64,000 nt of DNA from Pedosphaera sp. (GTDB lineage: Bacteria; Verrucomicrobiota; Verrucomicrobiia; Limisphaerales; SIBH01). How positions within the stretch are numbered: position 1 is the first letter of the stretch; each line of letters begins with the position of its first letter. The translations under genes and the position numbers were made by a program. The stretch is from positions 32,001-96,000 of the forward strand of contig JANOQV010000105.1 in the NCBI GenBank assembly GCA_031414955.1, in the 5' to 3' direction. The notes below the pieces were generated by a model that did not search any database, was not told where the DNA came from, and saw only the letters and a program-made list of their open reading frames with translations. This document shows positions 57,905 to 64,000 of the stretch, piece by piece.

Positions 57905-59464
57905 TTAGAATTTATGCACCGCGTGCGCGCCGAGCAGAAATTCGAACTGCAGCCAGATCGAATGATCCACGCCGGAGCCGCGCCGGTCATCGTAATTGTA
58001 TTGGAGCCGAATTTTCGAGAACTCCGTTGGATACCAGGTCAGGTCGGGGGAAATGCGCCAGCGTTGATCCCGTTGCGGGTCGCGGCCCAAAGTCTGGCCA
58101 TCCAGAGTCAATGGAGTTCGCTCGTAGGCCCCACGTTCGCCGGTCACGAAATCAGCCCGCAACCCCGCCACCCAGCCGGGACGAAAGCCATAGAGCACCT
58201 GTGAGTAGAAACCCCAGTCCGTCACGGTCTCACGCCGGAGCAGGGCCGGACCACCCGTGACGGCGTTGGCCAATTCACCGTCATCGGCGAGACCGTTACC
58301 ATTTTCGTCCCAGTCAAACGCTCCCAACTGGTAGCGCCGCAGCATCGCTTCCGTCTGCCAGGAGAGGAACGGAAACCCGGCGTGGGCGTTGGCCGGTTTC
58401 CATTTCCAGTAGGCATCCACGCCGTAAATCTGCGTGGCGGTGTCGCCGCGTGCCCCGCTGCTGTTCGGGCCGAACGCCCCCGACGCGCCCAACAAGATCG
58501 TTTGCTGTTCCGTGAGTTCGAACGAAGTCGAAAGCCGGGGCGTGAACAGCAGATCGTCCAGTCCCTGCACTCCGCGATCGTTGTCCGGATGGCGATAACC
58601 GAACGGCAGACCGTCCTCCGCGCCGTCTCCATGACCTTGGCCGCCGCTGCGGAAACTCGCCGCCGTCTCCCCGTGGCTGTTCTGAACGCCCAGCGCCAGT
58701 TCGGTATAGAAGGGCGTCGGCGCGAGCCACGAGATCCGCGCTCCGGGATTGCGCAGACCGTCGGCGCCGAAAAAGCGACCGTTTACCAGCGGTTGGTCGA
58801 CGAAGGCCCAGGTGTGCGGATGCTGCGGGTTGAGACGGCCAAACTCGGTGAAGTATTGCCCGGCCTTCACTTGCAGATTCCACGGCAGCGCCACCGTCTC
58901 CAGGTAGGCTTCCTCCGCTTCGATGATCGTTTCGCCATCAGGATCGATCTGCAACACGATGTTGGCCTGGCCGCGAAAATATGGGTCAACCGCGCCCGCG
59001 AAGGTCGTCTCCAGATTTTGCACGGTGAAGCCGCGTTGCTTGGGATCGTGCCCGCCGGGCTGCAAAGTTTCGATGTCATTTGCCGTCGAGGCTCCCGCCG
59101 CGAACAAGGCGTCGAAAGATATGTTCAGGTAACTCTGCGCGCCGCCCAGCAGGCGAATGGGATCCGAAGGCGACCAGGCCTTTCCGACCGGAGCCGGGCC
59201 GCCTCCCGATCCTGGAGGCAGTCCGCCGGCCAGCATCGTTCTCCGCAACTCGGCCTGCTGGTTCGTGACCGCCGCCTGTTGTGCTTCGAGCGCATTCACC
59301 TTCTTCGTCAGCGCGTCGATGACCTGGCGTTGCTGGTCCATCGCCTTCTGGAAGTTTTCTGCGGCTTCCTTCAACTGACGCTTCACCGCTTCCAACTCAC
59401 TCACTTGCGCGGGCAGCAGCGCCGCGCTTAAACAAACCCATCCGATGATAAATAACTTTTTCAT
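57905..59464 (-). CDS. Outer-membrane beta-barrel protein of the metal uptake operon
   Basis: Signal peptide + coiled coil; AVDPYF, FGRLNPQHPHTW, PTEFSKIRLQY, C-terminal LGAHAVHKF. Confidence 0.82.
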   Translation of the reverse strand: MKKLFIIGWVCLSAALLPAQVSELEAVKRQLKEAAENFQKAMDQQRQVIDALTKKVNALEAQQAAVTNQQAELRRTMLAGGLPPGSGGGPAPVGKAWSPSDPIRLLGGAQSYLNISFDALFAAGASTANDIETLQPGGHDPKQRGFTVQNLETTFAGAVDPYFRGQANIVLQIDPDGETIIEAEEAYLETVALPWNLQVKAGQYFTEFGRLNPQHPHTWAFVDQPLVNGRFFGADGLRNPGARISWLAPTPFYTELALGVQNSHGETAASFRSGGQGHGDGAEDGLPFGYRHPDNDRGVQGLDDLLFTPRLSTSFELTEQQTILLGASGAFGPNSSGARGDTATQIYGVDAYWKWKPANAHAGFPFLSWQTEAMLRRYQLGAFDWDENGNGLADDGELANAVTGGPALLRRETVTDWGFYSQVLYGFRPGWVAGLRADFVTGERGAYERTPLTLDGQTLGRDPQRDQRWRISPDLTWYPTEFSKIRLQYNYDDRRGSGVDHSIWLQFEFLLGAHAVHKF

Positions 59465-59693
59465 TTTCCTGTCCTGTAATTGGCGTTCAGCACAATGGCT
59501 GACGCGGTTAAACGCATTTCCAATTCTGCGGAGATGGGAATCAACTCCACGGCAACGCGGGGATTCGGAGCAACTGACGAACGGAAAGAGCCTGGAACGG
59601 CTTGCGGTGCGACCGGGGCCGCGCTCCGATGCGTCGTCCGTCTAACTTCGGTGGTGGAAAATGCTCACACCGCCGGGCCGACGGATGGCGAAC

Positions 59694-60017
59694 TCAGGAC
59701 AGGCTGGGGGGACCGCGCTCGGGATGAAGCGCGACATCGTGCGAGATGAAAAACGATTCAAACGGGAGCGCTGAAACGGCCGCGGCGACCGTCTCCGGCA
59801 CCGACGACGGCCCCACGCTCTCCAATTGCGTGTGCCCCTGATCCAGCGCGGAGACAAGGCAGTAATGCGTGGGCGACTGGTGATCAGAATGCAGCCAGGC
59901 GTGCAACTCGGGACAGGCACTGGCCAGAACCGACGCACAGAGCAGGAACAACAGCCCGCCGGTCATCACCAGCTTGACTGAAGCCCGCCAACTTGCGGCT
60001 GTTCGTGTAGTCATCAT
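59694..60017 (-). CDS. His/Cys-rich leader protein ending in RGPP (DUF2946-like)
   Basis: TM/signal helix, CPELHAWLHSDHQSPTHYC, spacer, HPERGPPSLS-stop. Confidence 0.75.
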   Translation of the reverse strand: MMTTRTAASWRASVKLVMTGGLLFLLCASVLASACPELHAWLHSDHQSPTHYCLVSALDQGHTQLESVGPSSVPETVAAAVSALPFESFFISHDVALHPERGPPSLS

Positions 60018-60118
60018 CTCCAGTTACTGAACCAATCTTCTCCGTTAGCGGCAAGCGCGGATCCAAACTCAAACGATCCTCGGAGGCAACGGCCCGACCC
60101 GAACCGGCCTCGCCGGGG

Positions 60119-61441
60119 TTATCGCACGGGGTTGGCAATGCAGAAGAGATGCTGGTCCGAGCGGATGAAAAATCTGGAGCCTGACACCGCCATGGAGGCC
60201 TGGCACTTCTCGCCCAGCGGGTTCCGAGCCAGCACTTTGAACTGTGGCCCCGCAGCAATCACCGTCGTGTCGCCGGCTTCGGAAAGGAAATAGATTTTGC
60301 CCCCGGCGCAGACGGGCGAGGCGCTGAAGTTCCCGCCCACGCGCTCCTGCCAGACAATTTCGCCGTTGGTGGCGTTGTAGCAGGAGACCATGCCGCTGTC
60401 CGTGATGGCGTAGAGATGCGGCCGCGCGAAAATGGGCGAGGGCTGCGTAGGCACGCCTTTCTTCTGCTCCCAGACGATGTGCGAGGTGGTCACATCGCCC
60501 GTGGCCCCGCCAAGCTTCACAGCGCGCAGGGTGGATTTCTCGAAGCCGGAAGAAGTGAACACGACGCCGTCGCCGAGCACAGGTGAAGGGGTCACACCTT
60601 CGCCTTGGGCGTAAATATGCCAGAGCAGCTCGCCGGTCGCAGGGTTGAACCCCTGCAAGCGATCCCCCGCCCCGCTGATGATCTGATCCTGCCCGTCCAC
60701 CTGGGCCAGGACAGAAGTGACATGGGCGATGCGCGACATCCCGCGCCGGCCTGTCCAGACACGCCGGCCCGTTTTAGTGTCGAGCGCCACGACCAGCGCC
60801 TGGTCCCAGGGAATCTGCCAGCCGGTTCGTTCGGTATCGCTGACCTGTGGGTAATTCCCGGCTGCGGTGACGGGATTGCTGCCGTCGTACGACATGATGA
60901 GCAGGCCGCCGTAAAGAATCGGCGAGGCGCCCAGTCCATGCCGGCTGTAGAACTGCACCTCGCGATTGGTCCAAACGATCTCCCCCGTCAAGGTGAGCGC
61001 GACCACGCCGCCACCGCCAAAGACCGCGAACACATTCCGGCCGTCGGTCGTGGCGGTGGGCGTGGCGTGGGAATTTTTGCCCTCCTTGCGCCGCGGCTGC
61101 TGGTCGAGAACGTGTTTGCTCCAGAGCATTTTTCCGCTGCCGACCTCGACACAGTGGACGTGGCACTTGGTGCCGTTGTCCGTGGTGCTGGTGAGGAAGA
61201 GTCTCCCCTCCCACACGATGGGGGACGACCAGCCGTCGCCGGGGACGGCGGTCTTCCAGACGAGATTGGATGTACCACTCCAATTCAGCGGCAGATCCGT
61301 TTCAGCGGAGTGACCCTGGCCATTCGGCCCGCGAAAGCGTGGCCAGTTTTCCCCGGCGAACTTCGGCGGCTGGCTCGTGGACACACAGGAGGTGACCAGC
61401 GCCGCACCAAGGCAGAGCGTGAACGCGGTGAATGAGTGCAT
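60119..61441 (-). CDS. PQQ-like beta-propeller repeat protein
   Basis: NWPRFRGPNGQG, GWSSPIVW, SHATPT, FSASPV. Confidence 0.85.
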   Translation of the reverse strand: MHSFTAFTLCLGAALVTSCVSTSQPPKFAGENWPRFRGPNGQGHSAETDLPLNWSGTSNLVWKTAVPGDGWSSPIVWEGRLFLTSTTDNGTKCHVHCVEVGSGKMLWSKHVLDQQPRRKEGKNSHATPTATTDGRNVFAVFGGGGVVALTLTGEIVWTNREVQFYSRHGLGASPILYGGLLIMSYDGSNPVTAAGNYPQVSDTERTGWQIPWDQALVVALDTKTGRRVWTGRRGMSRIAHVTSVLAQVDGQDQIISGAGDRLQGFNPATGELLWHIYAQGEGVTPSPVLGDGVVFTSSGFEKSTLRAVKLGGATGDVTTSHIVWEQKKGVPTQPSPIFARPHLYAITDSGMVSCYNATNGEIVWQERVGGNFSASPVCAGGKIYFLSEAGDTTVIAAGPQFKVLARNPLGEKCQASMAVSGSRFFIRSDQHLFCIANPVR

Positions 61442-61555
61442 GGTGGCCGAGGCTAGAATGGGCGGGCGGGATTTGCAACTCACAGAAGGACGCTGAGGAG
61501 ACGGGCCTTCGAAGGAGCGGGTGATGGCACCCGGAACCAGCTCACGGAGGACGAA

Positions 61556-61906
61556 CTATTGCGGCACGACTTTGATGGTCCCGGCCTTCGAGTCGTAATC
61601 GTATTTCATCCCACGGGGCGCGGGCGGAATCTGGCTGATGTCCCCCTTGGTCACGAGTTCGTTCAAGTCCGTGGGGAACCGGCCTTGCTCGGTGTAGAAA
61701 GTCTTGAGCGCCTGGTCGAGGCCAACCGTGCTGAGGGTCTTCTGCGCGGACTGCTGCGCCTTCCCCAATGCGCCCACGTAGTCAGCCGGAGCGGTCAGCG
61801 GGTTGCCCGAGGAGGCGCCGGCTGCGGGCGGTGTCTGCTTCTCCTGCTTGCAGCCCAAGAAAATGAAACAGGCCACCGCGAATAAAAGCGCAAGGCTTGT
61901 CTTCAT
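61556..61906 (-). CDS. Lipoprotein with a pilin/GspG-like C-terminal segment
   Basis: Lipobox FLGC; ALKTFYTEQGRFPTDLNELV. Confidence 0.7.
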   Translation of the reverse strand: MKTSLALLFAVACFIFLGCKQEKQTPPAAGASSGNPLTAPADYVGALGKAQQSAQKTLSTVGLDQALKTFYTEQGRFPTDLNELVTKGDISQIPPAPRGMKYDYDSKAGTIKVVPQ

Positions 61907-61952
61907 GCGGTGGCCTGTCTGTGGAGGCTCCGGTCAAACCGGAGCCGGGCAA

Positions 61953-62111
61953 TTACTTCTTGAGCGCGTCGGTGGCACCCTTGGCGGCGTCGGCGCCAGC
62001 GGCCTTCACGTCGGCGGCGGCACCCTCGACCTTCTTCTCGTCGCTCTTCTGGCAACCGACGAGGACGAACGACACGGTGGCAATCAGGGCCAGGCTAAAC
62101 AGTTTTTTCAT
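61953..62111 (-). CDS. Small Ala/Lys-rich lipoprotein
   Basis: MKKLFSLALIATVSFVLVGCQKS...; lipobox LVGC. Confidence 0.75.
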   Translation of the reverse strand: MKKLFSLALIATVSFVLVGCQKSDEKKVEGAAADVKAAGADAAKGATDALKK

Positions 62112-62481
62112 AATGGTTGTGCTGAGTTTATTTTCCTGGCCGTCCCTGCTTTCCTGCACTCACAGGCAGCAGTTTCGACTTTAACCGTCAGGGTCGGGCG
62201 GCTTCTTAAAATCCGGCCCAGCATCCTGAACTGATTACCCCTGACGGGCAGGAGAACGCTCTCATGCGGCGCACTGTACAAAAGGCTTCCCTCATGCCAA
62301 GCGTTAAAATCACCCCCCGCAGTTCAGGTCGCACCAGGACACTGCGCCTGAAATGGCGATGGAGTTCAGGCGGGAAGCCGCGCGCGGAGCCGAGCGGGCC
62401 ATGAACACGCGCCTAGCGCGCCAGCGGGGTGAGTGCTGGACCGAATTTGAACTAGGCACCGCAGCGATACCGCCTGGCGGC

Positions 62482-64000
62482 CTACTTCTTCACCTGCGTC
62501 TGCATCCAGAGCAGCCAGTCACCTTCGCTCGGCGTGGGGAATTGCGCGGTGGTGTCGGTGATGACGGCGACGGCGGCGCTGTTCTCGCCCGTGCGCGGGT
62601 TGAACCATTTCACTTCGGGCGAGGGAGGCAGAGCGGTGAGCAGGATCTCAATCGTCCGCTCCTCGGGCACATAAACCACGGTCAGATCTTTCTTTTCCGA
62701 ACGCGCGGCGGCGATGTATTTGCGCGGCGACTGGTTGCCGGGATTGTTCACCACGGCTTCAGGCATCGGGCGCAACTGGTTGAACTCGATGGAGGTGAAG
62801 AACTTCACGAGATTCGTCATCTGGTCGGCCCCAGGAAGGTGGAGCGCCTTCTGCCACGGGAGCGGTGTGCCGGTGCCGGGATGGTCGGCCGGCGGCTTGG
62901 TGCCGTCGTCCCAACCCCAGACGCCGTGACCTCCGTAGGTCACGCCCGCCGTGGGAGCGTTCAGCAGCGACCAGTAGAGCGTGCGGCGCACGAGATCGGC
63001 GGAGAGCGGTTTCTTCGAGTCGTAGGCGAGATGCCCCTCGTAGGGCGGTTCAAGATTGATGAGCGGGTGATTGGACTTGTTCCATTCCTGCACGACGGGC
63101 CCGCTCGTGAGCCAGCGCAGCGCCTCGTCGCTGTCCCCGTGGCCGCTTTGGTAGCCGATGATCCCCACCCACTTCTCGTGGTTGAATTCGTTCAGCACCC
63201 AGTGGCGTCCCTGCGGATGCATCACCACCGGCGCGTGCGCGATGTCGCCGAAGATCGCCTGGCCAACGCGCCGCCACTTCGCGCCCTCGCTGCCAAAGTA
63301 ATGACCGTCACCGCCCAGAATCCACACCACGTCGTTGGCTTGCCAGCGCGCGACCATGTAGCGCGCGAGCAGGACGGCCTGATCCTCGGGCAGAAACGCG
63401 CCGGGGTTGTGCTCCGCGCTCCCTCCGCCGATGGCCCAGAGCAGCGTCGGCACGTTCAGCAGGCCGGCTTTGTTCGCGGCGTCCGCCTTGGCGTCGAGAC
63501 GACGGAAGAAATCAGGGTTCAGCACGATCTTCTCCTTGCCCGTGAACGCGGCCTCGCCCTGGGCATCACCCTTGGTTGAAGCCCGCCATTGAGTCGCGAC
63601 CCATTGCACGGCGGTGAATTGCTGCCGCGCGCGGGATTGCAGATAAAAGCTCCAGTCGTTCGGAGTGGCCAGCAGCGCGCCGTTCCAAGCGGTGTCGGCC
63701 AGCCAGAAGAACGGCGTGCCGTCGTCGTGCTCGAGCGAGGCCTGATCGCGCGAGACACGCACCGGGCCGTGCTGCTCGAAACGACCCTTGGCCACGGGGG
63801 CCGTGCAGAGGAAGGTGCCCGACTGGAGATGCAAGCCGGTGTTCTTCAGGTCCGAGCAGAGCGTGGCCCAACTCCATTTGCCCGGCATGTTGGGCGCGAA
63901 ACGCACCCGCCAGGTCTTGCCCCCATCCCAGAAGCCAGGCACGCGGTTGGTCTCGCCCAGCGGTGAAATAAAAATCGCGTTGAGCGTCGCGTCTTGGATC
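62482..64000 (-). CDS. DUF4038/apiosidase-like putative glycoside hydrolase (5' end outside window)
   Basis: GFWDGGKTWRVRF, DGTPFFWLADTAW, WILGGD, NLEPPYE, TYGGHGVW, WFNPRTG. Confidence 0.85.
   Translation of the reverse strand, partial: IQDATLNAIFISPLGETNRVPGFWDGGKTWRVRFAPNMPGKWSWATLCSDLKNTGLHLQSGTFLCTAPVAKGRFEQHGPVRVSRDQASLEHDDGTPFFWLADTAWNGALLATPNDWSFYLQSRARQQFTAVQWVATQWRASTKGDAQGEAAFTGKEKIVLNPDFFRRLDAKADAANKAGLLNVPTLLWAIGGGSAEHNPGAFLPEDQAVLLARYMVARWQANDVVWILGGDGHYFGSEGAKWRRVGQAIFGDIAHAPVVMHPQGRHWVLNEFNHEKWVGIIGYQSGHGDSDEALRWLTSGPVVQEWNKSNHPLINLEPPYEGHLAYDSKKPLSADLVRRTLYWSLLNAPTAGVTYGGHGVWGWDDGTKPPADHPGTGTPLPWQKALHLPGADQMTNLVKFFTSIEFNQLRPMPEAVVNNPGNQSPRKYIAAARSEKKDLTVVYVPEERTIEILLTALPPSPEVKWFNPRTGENSAAVAVITDTTAQFPTPSEGDWLLWMQTQVKK

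Noticed and set aside
62170..62260. c-di-AMP (ydaO) riboswitch resemblance (GGGGTAATC...CCCGACCCTGACGGTTAA on the minus strand)
   Set aside because: The conserved 5' half is missing and the similarity is too weak without a covariance search

Overview
GC-rich bacterial chromosomal segment. Gene content (DUF1552, PVC-type CxxCH dehydrogenases, WD40 Ser/Thr kinase, secreted Ig-domain proteins, REP-like palindromes) points to Verrucomicrobiota (Pedosphaerales/Limisphaerales-like); this is inferred, not checked. In order: the end of an S10 operon that stops at rplW; an Rrf2-regulated sulfate uptake operon (small DUF2292/YezD-like ORF, porin, sbp, frameshifted M14-type peptidase, cysT/W/A); secreted proteins; a mosaic methyltransferase + PD-(D/E)XK defence-like locus; an unannotated MotA/TolQ/ExbB-like + MotB/TolR/ExbD-like pair with unusual appendages, heading a run of envelope genes that ends in parB; housekeeping genes (pfkB-like, def, proB, mazG); an MFS transporter with an inserted EF-hand pair; an ISAs1-type MITE and an integron-cassette-like remnant; sugar dehydrogenase and sulfatase genes; an NgoMIV-like type II RM pair between REP arms; a VapBC-type TA pair; tRNA-Leu(CAA); gatB; and an ATPase-less metal uptake operon led by a His/Cys-rich RGPP leader peptide. 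Best candidates for new biology: the putative proton-motor pair (18873-21955), the leader-peptide-controlled metal operon, and the EF-hand MFS. All family assignments come from motif recognition by eye; no searches were run.
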